DNA of 54,603 bases from Chiloscyllium plagiosum (taxonomy: Eukaryota). The DNA is taken from positions 3,068,379-3,122,981 of the forward strand of contig NC_057751.1 of the NCBI RefSeq assembly GCF_004010195.1, in the 5' to 3' direction. A program made the translations under genes and the position numbers. Position 1 is the stretch's first letter; the number at the start of each line of letters is the position of its first letter. Below are positions 1 to 11,500 of this stretch, piece after piece. The notes beneath the pieces are model-generated. The model was not told the origin of the DNA. It did no database searches and saw only the letters and a list, made by a program, of their open reading frames with translations.

Positions 1-164
1 CAGAGTCACAGTTTAATACAGTCCTATTATTCACATTTGTTGGTCATGATCGAAGCGAAATCAGTTAAGACAATGAGTTTCCCGAGGCTGATGGGAAGTG
101 TCATTTCTGGTTCTGTGCTCCTTGACAGAGGTAGGATCTGTCCTGTGTCCTGTTGTTTGTCCCT

Positions 165-950
165 GAGGAGTGGCAGATGCAGTTTAATCTGGATAAATGT
201 GGCATATTGCACTTTGGTTTAAAAAAAAATGACTCTTTGTCCAGGTAATGGGAGGGTCCCGGGTGGGCTTGGAAAACAGAAAACCAAGCGGTTCAGAAAT
301 CATATTCTTTGAACTTGGCATCACAGGTAGACAGGATAGTTAAGAAGGCATTTCGCACACTTACCTTCATTGCTCAGAGCTTTGAGTATCAGATTTGAAA
401 TATCATTTTGAGGTTATGCAGGATGTTGGTCAGGCCACTTGTGGAGTGTACAGTTCTGGTCACCCTGCTATCGGAAGGATCTTGTTATATGAGAGAGGGT
501 TCAGAAAAGATTTACAAGGATGTTGCAGGGTTTGAGTTGTAAGGATAGGCTGGGAGTTTTTCACTGGAGTGTCAGAGGTTGAAGAGTGACCTGATGGAGG
601 TTTGTAAAGTCATGGGTGAACGCATATAAGGAGAATAGTAACAGTCTTTCCCTCGGGCAGGGAAGTTTAAAACAAGGGGGCGTAGATATAAGACGAGAGG
701 ACAAAGATTTAAAAGGGGTTAAAGGGGAAAGGTTTTCACACACACGGTGGTTCATGTGTGGAATGAGCTGCCTGAGGAAATGCTGGATGTGGATGCACTC
801 CGTGTTTAAGAGACATTTGGGGAGGTCAATGAATAGCAATGGTTTGGAAGGATATGGGCCCAAAACGTGCAGGTTGGGCTAGTTTAGTTTGGGAGCACGG
901 TTGGCATGGCCTAGTCAGACCGAAGGGTCAGTTTCCATGCTGTGCAACTA
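165..950 (+). mobile_element. Degenerate 5'-truncated CR1 LINE (end of ORF2 and 3' UTR)
   Basis: Decayed WQMQFN.DKC..LHFG and [11 protein letters not shown] segments; 3' UTR shared with other CR1 copies in the window. Ends approximate. Confidence 0.8.
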
Positions 951-1944
951 TCTTTGCTGTCTTAATGTGCAGAGAGATCTAGGGGGACTGGCTATGGACA
1001 GGAAGAGAAAAAAGTGTAGGAAGTGAGGAGATGGAATTGTGCTGTTTCCAGGGACATAGAGCTCACACGAGGCTGTAGGATAACACAAACATGGAGAGCC
1101 TGAATGAATCCTTCAACCCTTGAGCCTGTTCTGCTATTCAGGAAGATTAACCTCTCAGCTTTACTTCCCTACCTGCTGTGCTAAACCTTAACACACTCAT
1201 CACTGAAAAACATCTCTCACTCAGCTGAGCACACATGAACTTCTGAGGAAATAAAACTCTCCTTCCATCTGAAACCAGCAAGCCTAATGTTTAAAACGTG
1301 TTCCCCGGTTCGGGATTGTTGGAGAGTGAGTAATCACCATAACCCTAACCTTTTAGACAAGACATTAATGAGGACCACAAATGCCATCTCAGCTGCATGA
1401 GAGAGTTTCAGGGATGGGAGTTTTCAAAGAACAGCGACGATATGGCGAGGGGCCTGACTGAATGAGATTTATAACTGAGCCCATGTCACTAACAACAGAT
1501 CAGTGGGTCACTCTTGCATTGCTTTCTGTGGGATCTTGCTGTGTAAGGCTGGGCCCCGACATCCTGCATTCCAAGAGAGACAACATCTTGGAAACCTGAC
1601 TGCTTCGAATGTGCAGCGCTTCCGAGTGTCCTGAGATGGAGCAAGACGGATTGGAAATGTGAGTTTTTGCCTGATGAATTCCGTAATGCATTACACCATG
1701 TCTCTGAAATGTGTTTGTGTAGAGGCCCCAGTGCCAGGGGATGGGTGGGCCTCTTGCTGAGCCTGTTGGGCGCAGCCTTCTGGGGGATGAGGCAGGGTCT
1801 CTGGCTGAATCCTCAGGTCAGGCAGCAGTGCCCTCTGCATTTTCACAATGACTTAGAGAAGTTCTGATACTTGAGTAACACTGCTACTCCGGTGCCATCT
1901 CAGCATCAGTCCTTACCTGTCTCCACCTATTCGCACCTCACCAC

Positions 1945-2345
1945 CATACCCCGCCTCCCAGCCCCTTTATCTGCAGCTGCCTATTACACCCACCCCCAGT
2001 CCTGAAGAAGGGTCATCGCAGGAAATGACATCACCAACCCATGGAAACCTGAACACAAATAGAAAGCGGGCCATACCACCATCTGGAGGTTCACTGATCA
2101 TGTTAGGCAAAAGTGAGGACTGCAGATGCCGGATATCAGAGTAAAGAGTGTGGTGCTGGAAAAGCACCTAGCATTGTGACAAAATGTCTGAAATTGACCC
2201 TTCCAACTCAGCGAGCAAGCCTATGTCCAAGGGTTCCACTTGAAACGTTGACTTCTCCACCTCCTGCTGCTGCCTGGCTTGCTGTGTTCTTCCAGCCTCC
2301 TGCCTGTCTACTTTTGATTCCAGCATCTGCAGTTTTTGTTTTTGG
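1945..2345. mobile_element. Cluster of Penelope-derived short repeat fragments
   Basis: GTGAGGACTGCAGATGC..GTGGTGCTGGAAAAGCAC and GAAACGTTGACTTCTCC..TTCCAGCATCTGCAG segments shared with copies at 14.3, 16.1, 34.9, 44.5 and 53.4 kb. Confidence 0.6.
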
Positions 2346-3574
2346 CTCAGTCCTTATTTAAGCTTTCACTTTGATGTGGGCTTGCTGCTCCCTCAAACCC
2401 TGAGACTGGGTTTGTAAATCGCCCCCTGCTTAAAAGCCAAGCGGCTTTCTTCAAGGGGACAAGTGGGGTGTTTTCCGGTCGGCAGTTAGCAGTGATATCT
2501 TGTGAGGGATTGAGGTGCCTGGTACTGAACAGCCTCCAGTGGAGGCTGTTGAGCTGCATACCACCTGCACAGAGGTGGACAGATAACAGCGTGTGCTGGA
2601 GAATGGAATTTCTTTGAAGCTATCAGCTGAGGGTAGCAACAATGGGTAGGGGAGGAATACACACTCCACAAGCTTTGTCTTCATTTATAATAGTGGCCTC
2701 AGCTCCTGGGCGTGTTGCTTCATGTTACACTGAGACGGTGGCCCCACCATCCAAGTCACTCCCAATCTGCCCCGGTGCATACTTTCTTGAGTATTGACTT
2801 GGAGCGTGCAAAGAAATCCTGCTACTGTCAATCAAAGGCCAGTCCAATTAATAACAGTGGGCAACAAGAAACATAGCTCTCCCCAGATTTAAGGATAAAG
2901 TTGTCAAGAGCACACAGCTGCCGTAGCGGTTGTTTGGTGGTTCCACCTGAGGGTCACCACGCCTTAGGCAAGGGGAGAAGTTGAGAAGGAGATTCCTTCA
3001 CATACATACATTCACACCCTTCAGGGAAAGTGATCCCACTGGTTTGAAGGAGGGGTAGAGGCCTGAGGCACAGCAGTCATATTACTGAAGGGTTTGGACA
3101 GACTTGAGGGGCTGAACAGCCTCTTCTGGCTCCGATTTCTTATCAAGGGTGGGAGGTTGAATTGACACGCAGAAGCATGTGGGCAAACAGGTTTCCTTTG
3201 ATAACTGGGTCACTGAGAGGCTAGTGACTGAACTGAGCCGACAAAAAAAACAGCAGAGATTAAGAAGGAATTTCTGTTAACAACAGGCTTCCTGAATGGG
3301 TTCAGCCTCTAAAGGCAATGGGGCACATTCCTTCAGCAGGCTGAGTGCCAGGGTCTGGGGTATGGAGGTGATGCACTTCCCTGGCCTCCTGCAAACACCA
3401 TCGTCCATCTGTCTACCCTGTCCAATCTTCTGTGTGTCCCCTTGACATGTGAACTCTGCTGGGAAAATGAATCCATCTGCAACGAAGAGGGGCCAAAATG
3501 AAATGGAACTTCATGCTCTCTCTCACTTCATCTCCAAGCATTTGCATCATTGCAAAGTTAGACACTGCACCTTT

Positions 3575-3835
3575 TTAAACCCACGCCCACTTCCATCGGG
3601 AAGGACAAGGGCAGCAGATACATGGGAACACGACCCCCTGGAGGTTCCTCTCTAAGCCGCTCATCATCCTGACTTGGAAATCTCATTTCTCCTTCAGTGT
3701 CACTGGGATGAAATCCTGGGATTCCCTCCCTAACAGTCCTGAACTCATCGTCGATCTCCACCACATTCTCAAGACCAGTTTGGGTCAGACATTAAACATT
3801 GGCCCAGTCAGCAGCACCCAGCTCCTGCCAAACAA
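3575..3835 (+). mobile_element. 3' fragment of a second CR1/L2-group LINE family
   Basis: NPRPLPSGRTRAADTWEH..SWDSLP; homologous to 32860-33240. Confidence 0.7.
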
Positions 3836-4339
3836 AAAGAGTGAGAGGGCATCTCAAACTCAAGATCCTGGGAGTTACATTGAAATTCCTGAGACTGGGA
3901 TTGCTGGTGTGTTTGTTGGTTGAACGTTATTGCGAGATCCGGAGTGAAGGTGAGGGAAATGGAGATGAGTGTCACATTAGCCCATGATTGACTTGAAGGA
4001 GGCGACAGGCTTGACCGCCTGAATGGTTTCCTCTTGGACCTGAATCTGGGTTTTGTGTTCACTCTCCTCATTGATAAGGTATCAGTCAATCCCAAGGCAG
4101 ACAGCACAGGATCATTCAAATGTCACTATCAGAATGGTCCCAAACACTTCCCATCAAAGGAGGCTGGATCAGAGTGCATGGTCAGACTGGAAAACACAGG
4201 AAGAGCAGTAAGTCCATTCAGCCAATCGGGTCTGCTCCACTATTCACTAGGATCATGGCTGATGTAATCATGCTCAATTCCACTTTCCTCTTCCTTATTT
4301 ACATGGTGTGGAGCCAATTACGCAAAGTGAGACTCTGCT

Positions 4340-4678
4340 GAATCCATAGAATCCTTCATGTGAAAGGAGGCCATACAGCCCATCGAGTCCATACCGCCCC
4401 TGTGAAGAGCATCCCACCCAGGCCAAACCCCCTTCCCTATCCCTGTAACCCCACATTTGCGCAAACTGAGCCACCAAGCCCGTACATCCCTGCACTCTTT
4501 GGGCAGTTGAACATTGGTCAATTCACCCTAACCTGCGCATCTTTGGACTGTGGGAGGAAACCCACACAGACATGGGGAGAACGTGCAAACTCCACGTAGA
4601 CAGTCCCCAAGGCTGGAATCAAACCTGGGTCCCCATTGCTGTGAGGCAGCAGTGCTAGCCACTGAGCCACCGTGCTCC
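4340..4678 (-). mobile_element. HE1-type tRNA-derived shark SINE, near full length
   Basis: The - strand begins GCACGGTGGCTCAGTGG (A box) ... GGTTTGATTCC (B box), has the central GTGGAGTTTGCACGTTCTCCCC domain and a CR1-like 3' tail. Confidence 0.85.
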
Positions 4679-5389
4679 CAATTTCTGCTGTTGGGTTTGA
4701 AGTGAAGGTTAGAGAAAGCTGAGAGGCTAGGTCTGCCTGTTCAAGTGGAATGTGAACAGGTCTCGCTGTCTTCAGCCTGGAGACGGAGTGGGGGAGATGG
4801 CCCATTATCAATCGTTAGCCTCAGTGAGCACTGCTGTCATCTGATTGGCATCACATTGCTGATTGTGGGGTCCTGCTGTGCACATTTTGAGCCTAATGGC
4901 AGTGACCCCACATCAATCTTCTTTTTATTGGCAAGACAGCTTGGCCAAGAGGACCATGAGAAATGTTCTGGAAATAACCCGTTTTAAAGTGGGGGTCAGG
5001 AGGAGGTGGTTTGGGGTGGATTTGCTCTGTCGAGTTGTTATATCTGTCAAATGTATGTCACTCAGCTCTGAGTATAGACTGCAAGGGGGTGGGGAATTGT
5101 TTTGGGAAGAACGAGGTGTGAAGCAATTCAGATGTTAACCTATCAGGATTTACCACAGTATGACTTGTGCTTTATTTTGCGGTTCACTATTTTCAGTTGA
5201 GCAACCTTAAATCAGAAACCGGGATGTGCCTGGGTCTTAAAGAGACACCAACATGTTGGAGGCGAAGTTGTGAAATTGCAGCCTCAGTGTCATCAAAGTG
5301 GTCGTTTCAGAGTTGCCTCATTCAGGACATGACAGCTTTAAGAGCTAGTTATTTAAGAAAAAGGAGCCTCCCTTTTGTCTAGCAGGTCC

Positions 5390-5470
5390 CACACACACAC
5401 TCTCTCTCTCTCACACACACACACTCTCTCTCTCTTTTTTTTCTCTCTCTCTCTCTCTCCCCCCCTTCTT
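5390..5470 (+). repeat. Compound (CA)n/(CT)n microsatellite just upstream of the TGFA start codon
   Basis: Read directly; ends about 65 nt before the ATG. Confidence 0.9.
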
Positions 5471-5535
5471 GTGTGTCTCTGTGACTGACTCTCAGCAACA
5501 TCACAGTGTGGAAAGGGGAGCAAGTGAGAGGGACC

Positions 5536-5575
5536 ATGTTCAGTTTCTGTGCGGAAGTCATTCTCCTCTTTTCAG
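5536..5575 (+). CDS. TGFA: TGFA coding exon 1 (signal peptide, [13 protein letters not shown]), 40 nt
   Basis: Good Kozak context (ACCATGT), donor CAG|GTAAG, phase 1 matching exon 2; same 40-nt coding length as I recall for mammalian TGFA exon 1. Confidence 0.88.
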
Positions 5576-8500
5576 GTAAGAAATGGCACAATTTTGTTCC
5601 CCTTCTAATTGTACAATTCAGGAAATGTTTCAGTCGGTGTGCGGCAGTGTTTCCGAGAGCTGGGGATCTCACTGGGCAACCCATTGTGTTAGTTCTGTTT
5701 GGATTCTGTGAGCAAGCATTCCAAAGGACGAGTCTGTACCTGTGTTTGGGCACCCTGCGCGTGTGTGTGTGTGAGAAATCAGAGCAGCTTCATTAACTTG
5801 GTAAAGGCAGAAATCCTGTGTCCCCCTCATTCAGCCCCTTGTCCTGCAGTTCTCCAGAAAGTGACTAACTCCTCAATGGAGTGAAGTCCCTGAGTGACCT
5901 GGACAAAGTGGAACTGTGCCGGGATCGAAACAGGATTGAAATCCCCAGCTCCAGAGGAGGAAGCAAGTTTATCAGCAAGCTCAGGTCAGAAGTGCAGCCC
6001 TCCCTCACTCAGATGGGACAATGTAACCTGGAACAGGGGTCCCTTCCTGTCCCGACACCAGGAACCTGTGCCTGGGGTCGCCCAGACTCTGTGGGGAGGA
6101 TTAAAGTTGATTGTTGTTGACAGAGCTGCCTGTGAGCAGGGCTCACTGTTGAGTCTCACAGAAGTAGCAACAGCAACAGTTAATGCTCCTGATTCAGTAA
6201 TCTGATTCCAGGGGACAGTCAAAGGAGCACATTTTCCTCCTTGATTCACCGATGGATGGATTTTTGCAGGGCACCAGGAGCTCCTCGAATCCAGGCTGGT
6301 GTGAGTGCAGAACCTTTCAGTGTGCAGACCTGTGGGGATAACAGCTACTCAGGAGGGGCTCAGTGATACCGCAACCACCCCTTCCTCACCCACCCCCCCC
6401 CCCCCCCCGGCCAAGAAAATCAGATCAAAGCCCAGAGACTGAAAAAGTTGTCTTTCAAGGTGGATCAGCAGAGATCTATCTCACAGCCTGCTCAGCGTCA
6501 CCACAACCTGAAGCTGTTCACAAACAGGGAGGAAGTCATGTCGAAAACATTACAGCAAGCTCCCACAGCCATCACTGTGATCATCCAGTCACAGAGATGT
6601 AGAGCATGGAAACAGACCCTTCGCTCCAACTATCCATCCTGACCAGATATCCCAACTTAATCGAGTCCCATTTACCAGCACCTGGCCCATATCCCTGCAG
6701 ACCCTTCCTATTCATATACCCATCCAGATGCCTTTTAAATGTTGCAATTGTACCAGCCTCCATCACTTCCTCTGACAGCTCATTCCACACACGCACCATC
6801 TTCTGCATTAAAAGGTTACCCCTTAAATCCCTTTTATATCTTTCTCCTCTCACCCTAAACCTATGCCCTCTAGTTCTTGGCTCCACCACCCCAAGGGAAA
6901 AGACTTTGTCTATTTATCCTATCCGTGCCCCTCATGATTTTGTAAACCTCTATAAGGTCACTCCTCAGCCTCTGACGCTCCAGGGAAAACAGCCCCAGCC
7001 TGTCCAATCTCTCCTCCCTATAGCTCAAATGATCATGATCGGCTCCATGGTAACTGGATTGATCGATGATATGAGTCGAAGACCTGTTTCAAACATTCCT
7101 CTTCCCTTCAGAGAGGGGAGATTTTTTCCATAGACAGGACCCGCTTGAACTGACCACCTGAAAGACAGCTCCTCTGACAGTGCAGCACTCCCACATCTTT
7201 ATCTCTGATTGAGAAAGAAACAGGTCATTTTGGAACTGGTCTGAGCAGTAAAAGCTAGCGGGAGGGGCGCAGGTGATTTACTGTTGGTGGTTGGCCGAAG
7301 GAAAGTCCCATGGGTGATTGGGGACGGGAATTAAATACTCAGTGTCAGTGTGATAGCAGTTCCAGAGGGAGGGCTCTTGTGCACTGGTAATGTCTCTACC
7401 TCTGAGCCAGGATACCCAGGTTCAAGTCCCAGCTGCTCCAGAGGGGTGTCACAACATCTCGGAATAAGCTGATTGGAAAATGCAAACCGTATCAGGAGCA
7501 TGGACAAGTGCTTGCAAGGAGCTGTGAGACTGAGCAGTCCATAAACTCTATCCCCAGACAAAAGCTTCCAGCTTGGAGTCTGATTGAGATCTTAGTGGTG
7601 ACCCTCTGACAGGGCAGCACCTGCTCACTGTTACACAGGAGCATCAGTGTGAATCTCGGAGAGAGAGGGAGGGGGTTCAAACCCCCCCCCCCCCCCACCC
7701 AAGTTTACAATTTGTAGATGTCGTGAACAAGACACAAAACTAAGGAATGAGCTTCAGGAAGATATCTCTGCTGGACGATTCTAAAGAATTGCAGATGCTG
7801 GAAATGATAAACAGGAACAGAAATTGCTGGAGAAGCTCAGCAGGTCTGACAGCATCTGTGGAGAGAAATCAGAGTCAACGTTTCAAGTTGAGAACTGATG
7901 GTAACTTGGAAAGAGTTGATTTTACGCAGAATACAGGGTGGGGGAAGTGGTGAAAGAGTTAACGATAGGTGGAGATACATCCCAAAGAAAGAGGTAAGCA
8001 GTTAGACAGATGGAAAGGTGGCGAACGCTCCTGCGAGGATATTGTTGTTGGTTAAAGTATTTCTGCACTCAGACAGCTGCAGGGAAATCGACAGGTCTGC
8101 GATCGATCACTGTAGGTTCAGCTGAAGACCATTGACAATTGAGAATCGCTGATGAATCAGACTGATTTCACAGGCTGATTCATCCTGGAAGGTATGACTT
8201 GCATTGAGACAGCTCCATTCACGTCCTGTAGTGTCCCGTAATGTTATCCCCAGGTCACATCCGGAGTGATTATAACAGGTGACTCAGTCCATCAGGGTGT
8301 TGAATTTGCTGTTACCTGTTTGTTCTATGTGTGTGTGTGTTTGGGGAGGGGTCTAATGAGAGGTGACTTCTGTACATGTTTCCAGATGTTTCTGACATGA
8401 TGATTAGCAGGACCCACCTCAGTTCCTGGTCTCACGAGATGGTACATCTTCCCACAGAGTGCCCATGACATGATGGGTGGTGCTTTTTGCTGACAATCCC

Positions 8501-11500
8501 AGGATTAACCCTTTCAGAGCTGTTTGCCCTGCAGTTAAAACTGAAGGGAGACGAGAGGCAGAGTGGTCTTGGGAGAGATGCGCAGAGACTGGGGCTCACA
8601 CTTGGCCAACCCTGGTGGAGTGATTCCACATGGACAGGCCAGAATTGGAAGGGTGCAGTGATCTCAGAGGGTTATGGGGGGGGGGGGGGGGGGGGGGTAG
8701 GTTTCTGAGATAGAGGAAGCTTCCAGACCCAGGGAGAGTTGGAATGAGAATGTGAACATTGCAGGCCAGTGAGTCCATCCCACAAGGGGAGCTGTTCCTT
8801 GCTCTGGTTCCTCCACTTCAAGGAAATGAAACTGTCCACTGTCTGCCTCAGCCATGGAAACAGACCATATACACCTGAAAGGGAATTCTGTCACACTGTG
8901 GGAGGATTGATGGCTGCAGGAGAGCGCCCGTTAGATCAGCTGCTATCAGTAGAGTCAGGAGAGGGGGACGGATGGACAGATAATGGATTGACGTCACGTT
9001 CATGAGGAATGAGGGACAGGCATGAGGGTGGGGCTCAGACTGCAGTGAGATAGACAGGCTGTTTGTGAATGGAGGAGCAAGCATGATGGGCTGAATGGCC
9101 TCCTGCTGCTTCAAACTACTGTCTTCCAAAGGCTCTCACTTTGTGTATGTTTGCCAACAGCTCTGTGTTTGCATAGGTCTCTCCTTGGCACAGATGTGAA
9201 GGAGCTACTGAGGTATGGGCTAGTATTGAAGGACAGGCCATTTGTTTGGGAGGGTAGTGAGGTCCAGTCCCAGTTTGATAGCTACTGAGCATTCCCAGGA
9301 GCTGGGAGGCTGGGAGTGGGTTGGAATGGTGATGCTCAGTGGTCAGGAGCAGGAAGCTTTGGTCAATGTTCCCTCTCTCTCTGTATGTGTGTCTCTATCT
9401 CTCTCTGTCTGTCTCTCTCTGTAAACCCTGACCTACATGAGAAGGTTCCTCAGGACTTTCCCTGTGACCTTGAACTCTCTGAATCACCAGTGCAACCATC
9501 AGGGTTTCCATTCGGGTGAGTGAGTCAAATTCTCTCCACCCAGACTTGAGGAAACTGACACCAATCAGGCTGACAGTGGGGTCTAACACTGATGCCCCCT
9601 CTCACTGGCATTCAGACACAGTGCAATGATGCAAGCCCTCCCTGTATCACAGCTCCTTCTCAGAAAACCTTCTCCCTCACTGTGCCTTGGTTAGACCTGT
9701 GGCCGCTGTCATTGTCTCAGGCAGATTGTAACGGACTCATCCCTGAGCCTGAGGAAATTGACTGATCCTGGGTTCACTCAGCTGTCCAAGCAGGGAGGTG
9801 ATTTCCTGGTAATTTCTGAGAGGCTTTCGCACGATGGAGCCTGGGAGATGATTGGCCTGTGACTGACTGCAGACTCACTGAGCAAAGAGGCCAAGTCATC
9901 TCGCACTGAGCTGAGGAAGGATTGCCCTCTCGGAGGTGGGGTGGTAGGGGCGAGTGTGGTATCAGCCCAGGGGACTGCAGCATCTTCAAGGCACAGAGCA
10001 GGCAGGGTTCCTGGGGATCGAGCTGTTGGATTCCTGAATATTAGTGAGGAAAGTCTATGGGACCGTCTGATGCACCCTGGTCTCACCACTCCAGTCTACA
10101 TCCACTTCCTGCACTCACAGCTTTGTGTGGTGGGCCAACACTTCCTACCCATCCCTTACTGTCCCAGGGGGAGGGGCTGGGGGGTGGATTGCTGCTTCCT
10201 GAACTGCTGTAGTCCATGTGATGCAGGACAGTGAGAGAGATGGGGATGGAGTCCCACAGATATTAGCCCAGTGACAGCGGAGGCTGAGCAATGGCTGAGG
10301 AAGCTCGAGAGGTGCAGAAGAGGGTGGTGCTGGAGTGGAAGGGTTTCCAGAACATTGTCTTCCTGCGGGATCCTGCCTGTCCCCTGCTCATGGGAATTAG
10401 TTCATTAAATCCTGGCTGAAGAATGAGATGGGTCAGACTGAATAAACACAGAGCTTCCTGCAGCTTTGTTCGGATGGCCAGAGTTTGAGATGGGAAGTCC
10501 CCAACTTGACGAGGCAGAACTCGGATGAGATCATGAGTCATTGGGCTACCAGTGATCTCCAGAGATTTCTGTTGTCAGGAGCTGAACTTGTGATGCCAAG
10601 CTCTGGGGGTGTGGTAATGGATTTACTGTCAATTTCAATTACACCTCTCACTATCTCTCTCCGTTGTTCCGTCCTTCCCACCTAATCCCTACACCTCACA
10701 CTCACTGCCAACACAACACTGTCCAAGACATGGAACTCATTGACTGACTGTTTCCTCAGGAAAATCTTAGTTTTGAATATTTCCCTTGAGCGATGTTGGT
10801 GGAGGGCACCATCTGAAGGGATTTCCTGACACTGTTGGGCTGTCAGTGATTGTCAGAAATGTCCTACATCCACCAGAGAGCATGGGAACAGTTTTAATGT
10901 CCTACTTAGGGATAAGACCTCCAACAGTGCAGCACTCCCTCAGCACTGACCCTCCGACAGTGCGGCACTCCCTCAGTACTGACTCTCCGACAGTGCGGCG
11001 CTCCCTCAACACTGTCCCTCTGACAGTGCGGCGCTCCCTCAGCACTGACCCTCTATTGGTGTGGCATTCCCTCAGCACTGACCCTCCAACAGTGCGGTGC
11101 ATCCTTAGCACTGACCCTCCGATGGTGCAGCACTCCCACAGCACTGACCCTCCGACAGTGTAGCATTCCCTCAGCACTGACCCTCCGACAGTGTGGCACT
11201 CCCTCAGCACTGACCCTCCGATAGTGCGGCGCTCCTCAGTACTGACCCTCCGACAGTGCGGCATTCCCTTAGCACTGGCCCTCTGACAGTGCCCACTCCC
11301 TCAGCATTGCCCCTCCGACAGTGCAACACTCCCACAGCACTGACCNNNNNNNNNNNNNNNNNNNNNNNNNNNNNNNNNNNNNNNNNNNNNNNNNNNNNNN
11401 NNNNNNNNNNNNNNNNNNNNNNNNNNNNNNNNNNNNNNNNNNNNNNNNNNNNNNNNNNNNNNNNNNNNNNNNNNNNNNNNNNNNNNNNNNNNNNNNNNNN

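Noticed and set aside
4600..4678. tRNA gene (also 23950-24026 and 7375-7435)
   Set aside because: The A and B boxes belong to SINE heads that continue into SINE bodies; no complete cloverleaf.
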